DNA of 63,079 bases, the filler included, from Reclinomonas americana ATCC 50394 (taxonomy: Eukaryota), in assembly GCA_048213135.1 (NCBI GenBank). It is 16 parts of 16 records of this genome, joined end to end, with 100 filler letters (N's around TTAATTAATTAA, not from the genome) between each part and the next. Parts side by side here need not be neighbours in the genome. Positions count along the whole stretch, not along the records: positions 1 to 16,002 come from AFZH01021148.1; positions 16,103 to 18,420 come from AFZH01021153.1; positions 18,521 to 19,922 come from AFZH01021154.1; positions 20,023 to 21,266 come from AFZH01021155.1; positions 21,367 to 22,885 come from AFZH01021156.1; positions 22,986 to 27,691 come from AFZH01021157.1; positions 27,792 to 37,326 come from AFZH01021158.1; positions 37,427 to 40,936 come from AFZH01021159.1; 8 more parts are not named here. One strand, given 5' to 3'. Below are positions 12,106 through 41,344 of this stretch, piece after piece. The notes under the pieces were generated by a model. The model was not told the DNA's origin. It ran no database searches and saw only the letters and a list, made by a program, of their open reading frames with translations. How positions within the stretch are numbered: the stretch's first letter is position 1; the number at the start of each line of letters is the position of its first letter. A program made the position numbers and the translations under genes.

Positions 12106-12952
12106 TGAATGCGTTGGTGATCGAGAGAGAGGACGAGACGAAGTTGCTTGCTTCACTCAAGAAGCAGAAGAGTGAGTTGCTGTGCGTTCTTAGGCCACTC
12201 GGTTGCAGGAAACTGTTGAAAAAGGAGACACAGCTCGAGAAGATGCCGCAACCCGATGCAAGCTGCAATAACAACAACTCTTCATTCACCACTTTCCTAT
12301 AATGCGACAAACGCCCTTACATCCCTTGCCAACACCAACAACATGCAAACACACAATTACTCTACTCCGACCACCACTTCATTCACCACATTTCGATAAT
12401 GCGATAAACGCCCACACATCCCTTGCCGACAGTGACCTTGGCACTCCAACAATATACAAACATATACTGCTTCTCCAACAGTCATCTTCCCTTTCAGGAA
12501 GCAAAGCCAATCAAACGCGTGTTGGCCTCAAAAGGATTTCGTGGCTCTTCAACTGTTCATCTCCTCGCCATTGGCGACTTGAAACGAGCTGACCACGGTT
12601 GGCAGTCAGTCAGTCTGCCACTCCGAGCTGCAACCCGATCGTCACTCTTCGTCGCCACACTGATATCGTGCTGGCCATCTGAAATCAACCGCAAGAGCCG
12701 TCGGCCTTTGCCTCTTCTGAGCAGGCCACGCAGATGGACAACAGCGCCGCACCCAGCGAGCGCTACTGTTTCACGACACATGTCCTCCCACCGTCATCGC
12801 GTTCCTCCTCTCAAGGTACGGACAACAAAAACAGGCCACGAGAACGCCAGCAAAAGATGGCGTCCTTTCCACCGTCACGCCCCCCTTTCCACTCGCTTCC
12901 TCCTCCCTTTTCCCCTCTCCACCCCCTTCCCCTCTCCGCCCCTTCCCACCCC

Positions 12953-14023
12953 TCACACCCTCACATCCTCCCACCGAAACACCACCACCTCCGCCTCCTC
13001 CACCACAAAACACCGCAGCACAATCTCCACCAGACAGCGACACTCATCGTCACCAGTCAGCATCTCCTGCACCGCCGCCAACGTGCACCTCGCCGCCACC
13101 TCCTCCCTCCGCGCCAACACATGCGCCGTGGACCACACCAGCACCGCCCCATCCGCCCCACCCGACACAACATGCCGCCCATCCGCAGTAACGCACACCG
13201 ACGACACCGCCCCGGTGTGACCCGCCAGCGCAAGCGACTGCTGCCCCTCTTGCGACCACACCTGCACGAGCTTACCACTGTCGCCAAACACGACATGCTG
13301 CGTGCCGACGGCCACACACGACACGCTACTCGCCAGGCCCTCCAGACGACGCACCTCGTCGCCACTCGCCAGCGCCCACAGTCGCACACTCTTTCCGTGA
13401 TCGCCCGTGACCACATGCCGCCCATCGCCGGTCACCGCTACACTGTACAGCCAGGTGTCGACACCGCGATGCCACACCTGCTCGCCACTGCCCATGCACC
13501 ACACACGCACGGTGCCATCGGAGCCTCCGGAGACAAAGTGTCGCCCGTCGGGGGCGACAGCGACCGCCAGCACCCAACCTTCGTGTCCCCACAAACGATG
13601 CACCTCGTCGCCACTCTCCAAGCACCACACGCGCACCGACTGATCGACACTGCCGGTCACCAGGCGCTTGCTGTCGGGCGAGATGGCCACTGCGCGCACT
13701 GCTCCCGTGTGTCTCTCAAACGACATGAGCAGGTCGCCACTAGTGAACGACCACACGCATGCGCTGCGGTCGTCACTGCCGGAGACAATGAGCTCGCCGC
13801 AGGAGGACACGGCCAGAGCGCGCACGGACTTGGTGTGGCCTTGCAGGTGCCACAGCTCGTCTCCTTGTTCCTCCAGTGACCACACGTGGATGCAGTTGTC
13901 GCGTCCGCCCGAGAGGATGTGGCGGTTGTCGGGGGTCACTGCCACGGCAAATATGCTGCTGCTGGGGGTTGTGGTGGGGGTGGTGGTGGTGAGGCGGGTG
14001 CGGAGGGCGAGGGTGGGCAGCAT
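12953..14023 (-). CDS. Intronless WD40-repeat protein (~7 blades)
   Basis: Repeated GH..V.A(V/L)A(V/I).PDG..(L/F)VSG..D.(S/T)VRVW units; likely ATG at 14023 (MLPTLALR). Confidence 0.9.
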   Translation of the reverse strand: MLPTLALRTRLTTTTPTTTPSSSIFAVAVTPDNRHILSGGRDNCIHVWSLEEQGDELWHLQGHTKSVRALAVSSCGELIVSGSDDRSACVWSFTSGDLLMSFERHTGAVRAVAISPDSKRLVTGSVDQSVRVWCLESGDEVHRLWGHEGWVLAVAVAPDGRHFVSGGSDGTVRVWCMGSGEQVWHRGVDTWLYSVAVTGDGRHVVTGDHGKSVRLWALASGDEVRRLEGLASSVSCVAVGTQHVVFGDSGKLVQVWSQEGQQSLALAGHTGAVSSVCVTADGRHVVSGGADGAVLVWSTAHVLARREEVAARCTLAAVQEMLTGDDECRCLVEIVLRCFVVEEAEVVVFRWEDVRV

Positions 14024-15240
14024 GGCGGTGAGGGAGAAGGGTGGAGGGTGCGTTGTCCTGCACGTCGACGTCGCCTCAAGCAGTGGCGCAGAGGCAAGGT
14101 GCTTGCCACTGTAAGGAAGCGGGAGAACGAGTGAGACGAGTTCGTGGCTGGAGATGGAGAGACACGAGCTCGTGGCAAGTCCTTGATGAATATCGTAACC
14201 ATGTCCTGTTCGGGATTGCCCTTCTTGGCCATGGTTTCGAAGCCTGTTGCACTCACTCTGGTTTTGGCAAACTTTGATCTTCGCCTTTGTCGCATACACC
14301 TAGCAGCAGCCTTGTGGGCTTTGCACCCTCTGCGATTGAGCTTTGCGAATTCGAATTCCGATGCTCCACTTTCTCACACGTTTTACCCTTGCATCCATGA
14401 CCCTTGACCCTCGGAAGAACGCCTTGGAGGTCAAGGCCGACCAATATCCCACTCTGCTGATCACACATACCTGGCCTTCTCACTGATTCACCAAAGAAGC
14501 GAAAAACTGGAATGAATTGCAATTGTTCGCAGTAAACAACACTGCACTGTACATTGTCACCCTCAGTGGACCATGGTGAAAGCGTGCTTCATCACCCGGG
14601 TTATCTTGGGCATTCGCTTCCCGTTCGGCAGTGTCTCGCTGCGGGACTGCGAGTTGGAAAAGGACGGGGTGAGCGAAGTCAAGTTTTTCCGAGAAACGGC
14701 AATGAAGAAACGCAACGTAATCCAGCTGCATGAATGCTGGGGCCACACCCGGTGCGCCGCAGCCAGCGTCGCACTGCGCAGGCGAGGAGGAACCGGATGA
14801 GGGTCCCGTTTCACACAAGGAGGTGTTTCATGCAAATCACTCGTGCAGTGATGCTGACTTCTCTCCCTGTCTCTCCTTGACAGTCACGCCCCCCTCCTGT
14901 CTTCGCTCGCATAAGCACTCTCTCCCCTCCGCCACCCTCTCTTTATCCAAATGTAAGCTGCACTTGCTCTGCTTGTGTCTGTCTCTCTCGTATTCGATAT
15001 CAGTCACTCCAATTTGTCGCCAGTATTCTCCTTCGCTCCTTCCTCCGCCCTCTTCTCTCTCGCTTTCACTTGTCGTATGTACGCTGTAGTTGATCTCTCT
15101 CTCTCTCTATTCTCCTCTTTCGGCTTCTCATATCTCCTTTTTGTTGATATCCGTTTCTCCATTTTTTGCATGCAGTTCTCTCCTTCGTTCTGTCTCCTGT
15201 CCTTCTCTCCCACCTTCCTTCCCGTTCCACACACACGCTG

Positions 15241-15280
<40 letters not shown>

Positions 15281-15374
15281 TCTACTTACTGTCCCTCCCC
15301 ACCCTTCCCTTTGTCCCCTCCTTCTCCCTCACCCTCCCCCTTCTCCCTCCCCCCTCCCTTCCCCTTGATACTCA

Positions 15375-16002
15375 CCGCCACCCTCGTCCATTCCTCGCTA
15401 TTCTTCACCCTCTGCGGGTCCTTCTTCTCCATCAACCTCCGCGCCTGCGCGCTGAGTGCCTGCCGCTTCGCCTGAATCAACTTCGGCCCGATCTTGGGGT
15501 GCGTGTACACGCGACTCGACTTGTAGCCGGGAATGAGTGCCTCTACGTCCTCCACCTGCGTGAGCACCTTGCTTGGCGACAGCAGCGCACTGCCCTGTAA
15601 GGAGAAGCCGTTTTTCGCCGGCGATGCCACCGCCGCTGCCTCCTCTTCGACGGGTGGTGACACTGCGAGACAGAGGATAAGAAAGGGTGGTGGAGAGGTC
15701 ACTGAGAAAAGGGTGAGCGCACCTGCTCGTCGACCAGCAAGACCGCCGGCTGTCAGTGAGGGCTCGTCGGCTGTGCGTTTGCACAGAGTGAGAACCAAGA
15801 ATGCCCGTCTCTTCGCTCTCCAAAACTCACCTTGCCATCGCGCCTCGCAAGCACCAATCGTGCCCACCAAGTCGCGCACAAATTGACTGGCCGCCACGGC
15901 GCGGATCTCGCCCGTACCTTGCGTGGCGACGGTCGGCGACGCTGCCACCATGCGCTTGCGCATGCCGAGCCGGCTGATGGTGATCACCTGCTCTTCCGCA
16001 AA
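15375..16002 (-). CDS. Internal exons of an uncharacterised gene whose 5' part lies in the gap; further exons are likely towards ~14100
   Basis: Coding-like exons ending at GTGAGT donors (15830, 15375); no family recognised. Confidence 0.4.
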
Positions 16003-16102
16003 NNNNNNNNNNNNNNNNNNNNNNNNNNNNNNNNNNNNNNNNNNNNTTAATTAATTAANNNNNNNNNNNNNNNNNNNNNNNNNNNNNNNNNNNNNNNNNN
16101 NN
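16003..16102. other. Artificial scaffold spacer N-TTAATTAATTAA-N (first of 15; others start near 18421, 19923, 21267, 22886, 27692, 37327, 40937, 42822, 44624, 46780, 48897, 51131, 53928, 55662)
   Basis: The same six-frame-stop 12-mer is flanked by N runs at every gap. Confidence 0.97.
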
Positions 16103-19100
16103 GTTCACGTACTCGATTGTCGGTGGCGCCAACAGCGCAGTGTTTTCGATCAGCGGACAGTCGCTGGTGATAGTGGCGGCGGGGCAGGCGGGCAGCTCGC
16201 TGGCGGTGACGATCCGGTCGACAGACAATGGATCGCCGCCGCTATTCTTTGACAAGGCGTTTACCATCACCACCGGTGAGGCGATGTGATACTGCAGTCT
16301 CTGTTTCTGTCACACTTCCGGTTTTTTGATTCTACTTCTTCTTCCCCCTCCTACTTCTCCTCCTTCTTCGCTTCCTTCCCTCATCTCATGTTGACATGTT
16401 CCTCACCCTTGTTTATGCATCACAGCCACTCAATCGCTGGCTACCCTTGCGGCCAGCAGCGTGACCACATCGTCGGCGACATTGAATGCGGTGGCGGGCA
16501 ACTCTGTGGCCGCCTCGACAATGAGCAATTCATTCGACTGGGCACCAACAACGGCTGCCTTCGGTGTGACGCCAGCGGTGTCGACATGGGTGGGCACGGC
16601 GGGCATGGCGGGAACAACGGATGGCACGGGTAGTGCTGCTCGTTTCAACAGACCGGTTGTATGTATCTCGCCACTTTCTTTCTCTCGTCGATAGCTGCTC
16701 TGTTCATTGTTGTGGCGACTGGCAGAGTATTGTGATCAACGCAACGGGTACTGCCTTTGTGTGCGATCAGTGGAACAACACGATTCGGCGAGTGACGAGT
16801 GGCGGAGTGGTGTCGACGTTTCTGGGAACGGCAGGAGTGTCGGGCTTTGTTGGCGGAATCGGCGCTGCTGCACAGTTCAACTTGCCCACTGGAATAGCGA
16901 TCGACCTGACCACGGGGTATTTGTACATCACTGATGTTGCGTGGTGTCCTTTCGTTACGTGTGTTGTCGAGTGTAATCGTCTCACTGGCGCGCTTTCCAG
17001 CAATTAAATCATGCAATCCGTGTAAGTACTCCTTCTGGCTCTGTATCAACGCTGGCTGGCAACGGGTCAGTTGGCACGGCGAATGGCACCGGATCGAGCG
17101 CGAGATTCAGCGCACCTCACGGCATTGCGGTTGATTCGCTCAATAGAGTGACGTACGTGGGTGACTGGCAGAACAATGCTATCAGAAAGGCGCGTGCGTC
17201 CGTTACTGTACTGCCTGTGCCAGTGAACTCACGTTCTGGTCTTACCTCTACGCAGGTCACATTCGGTGGCGAGGTCACCACGTACTGTGGCACGATTGGG
17301 TCATACTCTTATGCCGACGGTGCATGCACACCAGCTGCACGGTTTTCCGGACCAGTTGGTGTGGCACTGGATTCAACAGCCGATCGGCTGTACGTCGGTG
17401 CGTGTGTATGTGTGTGCGTGTCTATGTGTGCGTTTTGGTTGATCCATTGACCATGTGTACTGACTTCTCGAGCAAACTGAGCAGCTGATCGAGATCGCCA
17501 CAACATTCGTGTGATCGACATGCTGGCGATGACGGTGTCGACTCTGGCCGGTTCCCCTACTGGAGTTTCAGGATCGACAGATGCCACTGGCACTGCTGCT
17601 CTATTCAGCGCTCCAATTGGCGTCCAGGTTGATCGAGGCCGAGGTGTTCTCTATGTGGCAGATGTTGCGTTTCGCGATTAACTGGCATTTTTTCATTTGC
17701 ATCGCCTTACGCACTTTGCATAGAGGAATGGTCACACTATTCGTCAAATTGTTATCAGCACGGGTGCTGTCACAAGAATTGCCGGCACGGCTGGAGTCGC
17801 GGGCACGGCAGATGGGAATCCACTCCTTGCCGCTCAATTCAATGGCCCGGTTCGCAACATCTTGCATTGTCATTTTGCGACGGTGGCATGCTCTCAACCC
17901 GTCGGTACAGGTTTTCATGTCGTACCACTCCGCGTCATCAACGCTGTACATCGCAGGTGCGATGTCTCCATCAAGTCGTGCGTTGTGCGATCGTCGCTCT
18001 TTCGACGTCTCATCAGTCTGCTTGCAGATTACGTGAATCACGCCATTCGCCGACTCACTATCGGCTCCACCACCATCACGGCCAATCCGGCTTCCTCTGG
18101 CGTCGCCTCCAGCACCACCGTCACCGCGTCGCTCACCTCACTTGCCGCCAACTGGACGTACTACTTCCGTGCCATCTCCACTTCCACCGTGCCGAGCACT
18201 CTCACCGGTTCCACCATGTCCTTCACCACCTCCAACTCGGCACCGACCGACATTGTCTGCTCTGCCACGTATGTCGCACCATCAACTGCCAGCATGCCTG
18301 TATGCACGATGAGCACCAGCGACGGCAATGGAGGCCAGTCGTACACTTACATTGCCACCGGAGGCGCGAACAGCAGCGTGTTCTCCCTCGGTGGCGGCGG
18401 TGCGCAGCTGCAGATCACGTNNNNNNNNNNNNNNNNNNNNNNNNNNNNNNNNNNNNNNNNNNNNTTAATTAATTAANNNNNNNNNNNNNNNNNNNNNNNN
18501 NNNNNNNNNNNNNNNNNNNNTGTGGCGGTGGTCGGCGATTCGCGAGTTGGTGGAGGGGAGGAGAGAGAGAGAGAGAGAGAGAGAGGGCAGAGAATTCAAG
18601 CTCTCTTTTTGCGTGTCGTCGTCTGAACAGCATGTGCAGGAAATGTGGCGCCGAGTGACATTCTGCTGTCAGGACCGCAAACGTACTCCAGTGCGACGGT
18701 GCCATTCACGGTGGGCACACTGAGCATGGTGGATCTCAACACGGGACAGACGCCGACGTTCAGCATTGTGGGTGGCGTGCACTCTGCACTCTTTAGTGTA
18801 ATTGGCGGCAATCAGCTGACGATCTCGGTGGCCCCGCCTCTGTATCGCCGACTTCAAGTGTTTGTGCAAGTGAGCGACGGGGCGTTGACGTACACCAAGC
18901 AGTTCACGATTGCGTATGGTGCGTGGTCGGGGAAGGGAGGAGACGGGAAGGGGGAAGGGGGGAAGGGAAGCAGCGGATCTGTACGATTGCTGTCGCCCTC
19001 TTTTCTCCTGTGAAGCTGCACATCGGTGGGGCGTGAGTGGTTGGTGCTGAGAATTGGTGGGTGCTTGTGCAGTTTGGGGCGCAGGTTGCACGACGGTGCA

Positions 19101-19846
19101 GAATGGGATGGTTGCTCGTTGCGTTGCTCGTGCATGAGATGTTGACGTGGGAGCCATCTCACTCTCCATCACATCGAGAGCAGCGGCGTTGGAAGTGTGC
19201 CAGTTCGAGGCAGTGGATCGACCTGGTGGCACAATCCTGGCTGTGATGCCATCGGTTAGCGAGGTCGGATGTTGTGAGATGTGCGATCAGTATTCGCTCT
19301 GTCGATCGTGGACATTTCTGGATGCTGCTGCGGCGTCGAACACATCTGGAGCAAGTGTGTGCACACTGAAGGCACGTTACCGAGAGAGTAGGGAGATTGT
19401 GAGGGGAGTGATAAGCTCACCGTCTACGTGTGTTGCATGCAGAGCACCGTGCCAGCAGCAACAGCGAGTGCAGAGACCAGCAATGTGTGTGGCTCCCATT
19501 TCTGCTTGGTATCGGGACGCAAGACGAGTGCGGCTGCGTATGACAGCAGCGGGTTCCAGACCAGCACGGGTGAGTTGCTGGAATGCTCTTCGCTCAGATG
19601 AAGGAGAATCGTGACTGATGTGGTTGCTTGCATGCAGATCGACCTGGCGGCGATCTCACGTGGGCCATCACCACCACAAGTGGACCACAAGCGTGCTCGC
19701 TGTGGTGCTCTCAGTTGACCGCCTGCGGATCGTGGACATTCACGGCGTCGACAAGGCAGTGTGTGCCGAAGAGCGGCGTGGTGGCCACGTCGACGGCGAC
19801 AGCGTGTGCGACAAGTGGGGACTGCACGTCGGGGTTGAAGATTTGA
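16103..19846 (+). CDS. Secreted repeat protein, copy A (5' end missing): cadherin-like, FN3-like with NHL propeller, cadherin-like, 2x PAN/apple; many short introns
   Basis: NHL units (GTAG..GTTDGTGSAARFN.P.GIA.D...Y..D..N..IR); FN3-like ASLTSLAANWTYYFRA..SFTT; cadherin-like NSAPTDI...TMSTSD..QSYTY; PAN CCEMCDQYSLCRSWTF..CTLK and CSLWCSQLTACGSWTF..C; stop at 19846. Confidence 0.75.
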
Positions 19847-20022
19847 GTGAAGTTGGTAATTTTGGCGCCAAAATTGGAGTTTCAACCGTTTCCGCGTTGA
19901 GTGCACGCAAACCCAATGCACGNNNNNNNNNNNNNNNNNNNNNNNNNNNNNNNNNNNNNNNNNNNNTTAATTAATTAANNNNNNNNNNNNNNNNNNNNNN
20001 NNNNNNNNNNNNNNNNNNNNNN

Positions 20023-26316
<6,294 letters not shown>

Positions 26317-26836
26317 GTGAAAGGTGCTTGCCGCGAACCGAAAGTAACCATCGCACAACTTACAGCAGCAAAACAGATTTTGGTGCAGTGGCGCAACTGT
26401 GTGAGACTAAGCCCTCCACTCATCATGTTCTGGCAGGGATCTTTCGTCTCGTTACGATGACGAACTCAAGCTTGGCAGCAGTTCACTAGTTGTCGAAGCT
26501 GCGAATGTCGATGCATCAGTAACCGCTGCTGTGGGCTTGTGTTGATCATGGTGGTGTAACGTGGCAAGCAAGCGCTACAACTGGCGATCGATATCGATTG
26601 CTACTCTATTATTTGCTTGGTCACTGAGATTGGTTTGTTGGTGAATGATATTTTTTGTACTTGGGACATTGCCAATATTTAGAGCGTGACTCATCGCCGA
26701 GAGCCGCTCCACTCTTAACCATCAACGCGCGCGCGCTCTCACTCTCTCCCCCCCACACACAAGCGCGTGCGAGTGCGTGTCTGTGCGCTCTCGTGTGTCT
26801 GTGTGTGTGTGCGTGCGTGACCGCGCGCGAGAGATC

Positions 26837-36680
<9,844 letters not shown>

Positions 36681-36895
36681 TTGTTTTATGTTCTTGTATT
36701 TTGAGAATGGGAGAGAAAAACATGTTTATCCTTTGCTACGCGATTTTGCTAAGAGAGCGGAAAAAAGTGAAGTTTTATGGTTTAATGAGTGTTACTGGCT
36801 GTTGAATTCAGTGTGCATGCATTGCTGCGTTTACGATGGTCCCCAAACAAGAATTTCTCCTCCCTCCTTTCCAAACCGCTGGTGCGACGGATTCG

Positions 36896-39800
36896 TCAAC
36901 GACGCGGTGTGGCGGCCATGGGGTGCGGAGGCGCACGACGCGAGTGCACTCGTTGCTGAATGGCACGAGCGGCTGCGCCCGTCGGTGCAGGTGGAGCGCC
37001 AATACCAAAGAAGCGTCGCAGCAGTGCCTCGCGATTCCGGTACGCCACGTAGCCGGAGACACCGAGGAGAATGAGGATGAGGGCGATGGCGGAGGGGGAG
37101 ATGCCAAAGGAGCGGTACGGTCCGGTGGCCACCATCGAGGTCTTGCAGCGTTCTCGCGTGAGCGCCTGATTGCGGTCCTCCGACGGGATCCTCCGCTGGA
37201 TGTCGGCAACGAATTGTGCAAAGTAGTTTTGCACGGCGCGAAGGTTGGTAGTGCCGAAGATCATCTGATGAAAGGGGAAGGGCGAAAGGGGGAAGGGAGA
37301 GGGGGAAGAAAGAGGGGGAAGGGTGANNNNNNNNNNNNNNNNNNNNNNNNNNNNNNNNNNNNNNNNNNNNTTAATTAATTAANNNNNNNNNNNNNNNNNN
37401 NNNNNNNNNNNNNNNNNNNNNNNNNNGAGGGGGAACGGTGAGGGGGAACGGAAAAAAAGACATGATATTTTCAGTGAACAAACGTGGAGGACTTGAAGCT
37501 GAGTGAGAGTGCAAGCTAGCAGAGAAGGCAATTAAAGAAAGAATGGAGAAACATCGTGTGCGGTGAAAGAAGACTGTCTCCGCAAGGTGCAAGTTCCTTG
37601 GTCGCCAACCAGCGGTGCAAACACATGGGCACACTACAGCGGACCGGTCACTTGCAAGTGACGGACAGCGCGCGGCCACAGCGAGAAACGAAGAAACGTC
37701 GAGGACTTCATGTCAGTCAGCGAGGCCAGTTCAGCGCACTACGAGAGGGGAGTTCGAGGACAGAGAAACAGAAAGAAAGCGAGAACGCAAGAAAATGCGG
37801 TGCGACTCGGAAGCAGGGCTGTCAAGGAAGAGTGTTTGTGCGCGAACAAGAGGGAATGTAGAGAGGCATAGAGAGAGAGAGAGAGAAAGGTCCGCGATCG
37901 GCAGCAGAAATCGTGTTCGCACAAGTGCACGATGTTCGTATACGGCGCTCACCTGGCATGCCAGTCCGCGGCGAATCTTGACCACACCGGTGAACACGCG
38001 AGGATTGTTGTAGATTTCGGCCAGTGTGGCAATCGCCATCACCTGCGGAATGGCGCAGAACCTAAAGATGGCCGGGTGGCGCAGCTTCGACAGGTACTCC
38101 ATGCAGTGCGGAATGTGTCTCAGTGCGTCGGTGACCAGCTCGTTCAGGCAGCCAACAGCCTGGTGGGAGGCACACAAAGTAAGTGAGTTGCGCCAGTCTC
38201 CTTCACAGATCACTCTCTCCCCCACGCGAACCAGTGTGGCGTTCTCTGGCTTTGTAAAGTCCTTGATGTTGCGCGCGTACTTGGACCACACGTCGCGCGG
38301 CCAGAACATGCGTGTTTGTTGCACGTCCTCGAGGTAGTCGCGGATAATGTTGGTCTTTTGCAGGAAGAGGCCCATGGAGACGGAGATGTCGCGGGCGTGC
38401 TCGAAGGAGGCGTCTGCAAGCGGGGGAAGGGGAAGGGGAAGGGAAGGTGAGGGGGAGGGTGAGGGGGAAGGGTGAGGGGGAAGGGTGAGAGGGAAGGGTG
38501 AGGGGGAAGGGTGAGGGGGAAGGGTGAGGGGAACGGGGAAGACCAGGGGAAAGGGGAAGAGAAGGAGAAAAGAGGAAGGGTAAGGAGAAGACAGGGAGGG
38601 TATGGAGAAGACAGGGAGGGTATGGATGAAGGGTAAGGGGGAAGGGCAAGGAGCAAGGGTAAGGGGAAGAGGAGAAGAGAGAGAGGGAGAGAAGGAGAAG
38701 AGACTAAGGGGAGACAGAGAGAGCGAGGCAGAGTAGAATCGAAAGAGAACGCCAAGGTGAGGCAGAGAGCATCAGGTAGACACCGTGACAACGAGACTGT
38801 GAGACGAATAAAGAAGAAGTAAGAGAAGGAGAGATCGCGAGGGAAAGGGGACTCGTGCGCGTGAGACTGAGAGGGCGCGAGTGAGCGAGATACGGACAAA
38901 GAGAGATCGAGAAAAGGAGAGAGATAAGAGAAGGAGAGACAGTGAGAGAGATATGCAGAGAGAGAGACTGAGTCCTCTCTTTCGCACACTCTCTTTCTCT
39001 CTCCCCTCACAGTCTCTCTCATTTCCGCCGTCTCTTTGTTTGTCACATTCTTCGTTGTCTCATTGCGTGTTAAATTGAGGGGGTATTAAAGAGGGTGGGA
39101 AACTGAGATAGAGAATGCGAGAGACAGTGAGAGTGCGAGTGAGGACGAGAGAGATGTGCATGCAGAAAGAAAGAAAGAGAGAGACTTCGTGAGAGAGAGC
39201 GAGACTGAGAGGCAGAGCGAGAGAGTGAGTGAGAGACTGAAGGGGAAGCGAGCATGGTGAAAGGAATCTCTCCTCTCCTCCCCTCTCCTCCCTCTCCTCT
39301 CCTCTCCTATTCCCTCTCCTATCTACGCAACGTTCCAATCCCGACGCCGCAAACATGCGCGACAGGCCGACACCGACCAGACCCGCCACGTAGAAGCAGT
39401 AATCGTCCCAATCGCCAATCGTGTCCACCTCGCGCACCAAAAAGATGGCCATTCCCTCGCCCATCTCGCGGCAAATGTCGCGCACCACCGCCTGGTACTC
39501 CGGCTTCATGGAGTTGAAGACCTCGGAGACCTTGTCAAAGTTCTTCATCAGGTCGACGTACTCCTCCTTGTCGCCGTCTGTGGACGAAGAAGAAGGGGAA
39601 AAAGGATGTGGTGGTTAGTGGAATGAAGGAGAAGGAGAGAGAACGAAATAGGAGTTGAGAGGCGGAGGAACTGTGGAGAGATAGTGCGGCACGAATAACA
39701 GGGAGACAGAGGAGAAGGAGACAGGGCGGCAGCAGAGGCACAGGAGATGCAAGAAAGTGCAGGAGAAGGAGGCAGAGAGAAACATGAACATCAATCGGGA

Positions 39801-41344
39801 GAAGAAGAGGGAGAGAGCGCAAAATATCAGCCTCGAGTGCAAGAACATGTGCAAGTGACAGAGGGCAGAGAGATGCAGCAGAAAAGATGCAGAGAGGTGA
39901 ATATCAACCGAAAGAAGGAGAGGGAGAGTGAGTCCTGGGCATCAGCCTCGAGAGCAAGTCCCACAATGAACATCTGGGAGAGACATACACGATGCAAGAA
40001 TGTGCAGGAGAAAGGGGTCAGGGGCAACACGAATATCACTCGGGAGAAGGAGTGAGACCCTGAGTATCACCCTCGATTACAAGGAAGACCCCACAAAGAG
40101 CCTGCGCGGGCAGAGGTGAAGGAGAGGGAGTGAGGCAGATGCAATACAAGCGGAGGAGAAGAAGACAGAGAGAAACTTAGATATCAATCGGAAGAGGGGG
40201 AGGGGGAGAGTGAGACCTGGGCATCGCCCTCGAATGCAAGGAAGACCCGTGCGCGAGAGGCAGAGAAACTTGTTCCGAAACAGCAATCCGAACACACATA
40301 CAAGCAGGCAAACTCACATGGAGGCAACGCCTGCTGCGACTCCAGCTTGGTATACAACGTCCGCAGCAGCGCATCGCGATCCGCCGCCGGCACCGTTGTG
40401 TCGTCCTCTGCGGAGAGAGAGAAAGTGAAACAAACTTGAGTCAGTCACACAGCCAGCGAGACGAGAGGAGAGGCAAAAGAGGTGAGGGCACGAACCAACA
40501 GTGTCCAGTGCGCGCAACACGAGGTAAAACACGCAAATCTGTGGGCGAGCGCGTGAGTGAGTGAGAAGAGTGGACATGATGATGCACACAAGCGCAAAAC
40601 AAACGCAAAACAAAACAAACGCACACAGCGCAGACACCCAAAGCACACCAGTGCACACACACTCTGCCACCAAACGCACTCACTTTCTCACACTTTCCGC
40701 ACACAATTGCACTCTTTCTGCCAAAACACACGCTGTGCACTCACTCTGACAAAGCAAACGCACACACAGCGCACAAACACACAAGAGCGCAAGCACTCTC
40801 GCACAAAACGCACTCACTTGCACACACTTTCACACACTTTTCGCACACACGTCGACAAATCACGGCACACACACGCGCGCACACAGCCACGAGCACTCAT
40901 GCACACAAAGCACACATAATACACACACAAAACGCANNNNNNNNNNNNNNNNNNNNNNNNNNNNNNNNNNNNNNNNNNNNTTAATTAATTAANNNNNNNN
41001 NNNNNNNNNNNNNNNNNNNNNNNNNNNNNNNNNNNNGCACAAAACTCTCTCACTTACACACACTTATCGCACTCACTCGCTCACAACACTCACTTTTTTT
41101 CGCAGGCATTCTCACACTCCTCCTCTCCCTCCCTCTCTCTCTCTCACACACTCACCGCATCACGCAGTTCCTCTGGGAGTTGCAGAATGACGGCGGCAAA
41201 GGAGCGCGAGACCTTGCCGAGCACCTCGTGACAGTAGCGCAGCGCGGGGGAGGCGTCGGCGACCACCGGAAGCGGCGTGAAGAAGCGCATGCGAATCATC
41301 GAGAGCAGCTCGCCCGGGTGCGACAGGAGGCGCACGATTTCCAT
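36896..41344 (-). CDS. FDFT1: Squalene synthase (farnesyl-diphosphate farnesyltransferase), 7 exons
   Basis: [76 protein letters not shown]-terminal TM helix. Exons ~41344-41156, 40538-40496, 40407-40317, 39577-39331, 38413-38232, 38159-37953, 37264-36896. Confidence 0.96.
39690..40245. repeat. Degenerate ~100-bp repeats inside a squalene synthase intron
   Basis: Recurring (A)ATATCA.(T/C)CG..AAG...GAGTGAG.CC..GGCATC..CCTCGA.TGCAAG motifs. Confidence 0.55.

Noticed and set aside
16003..16102. Recurrent TTAATTAATTAA palindrome as a biological repeat or CRISPR-like array
   Set aside because: It is always embedded in N runs; it is an artificial six-frame-stop spacer.
19103..19846. Separate small secreted PAN gene starting MGWLLVALL
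   Set aside because: That frame does not splice in phase to the PAN exon, whereas the frame continuing from the cadherin-like exon does; not fully excluded without cDNA.
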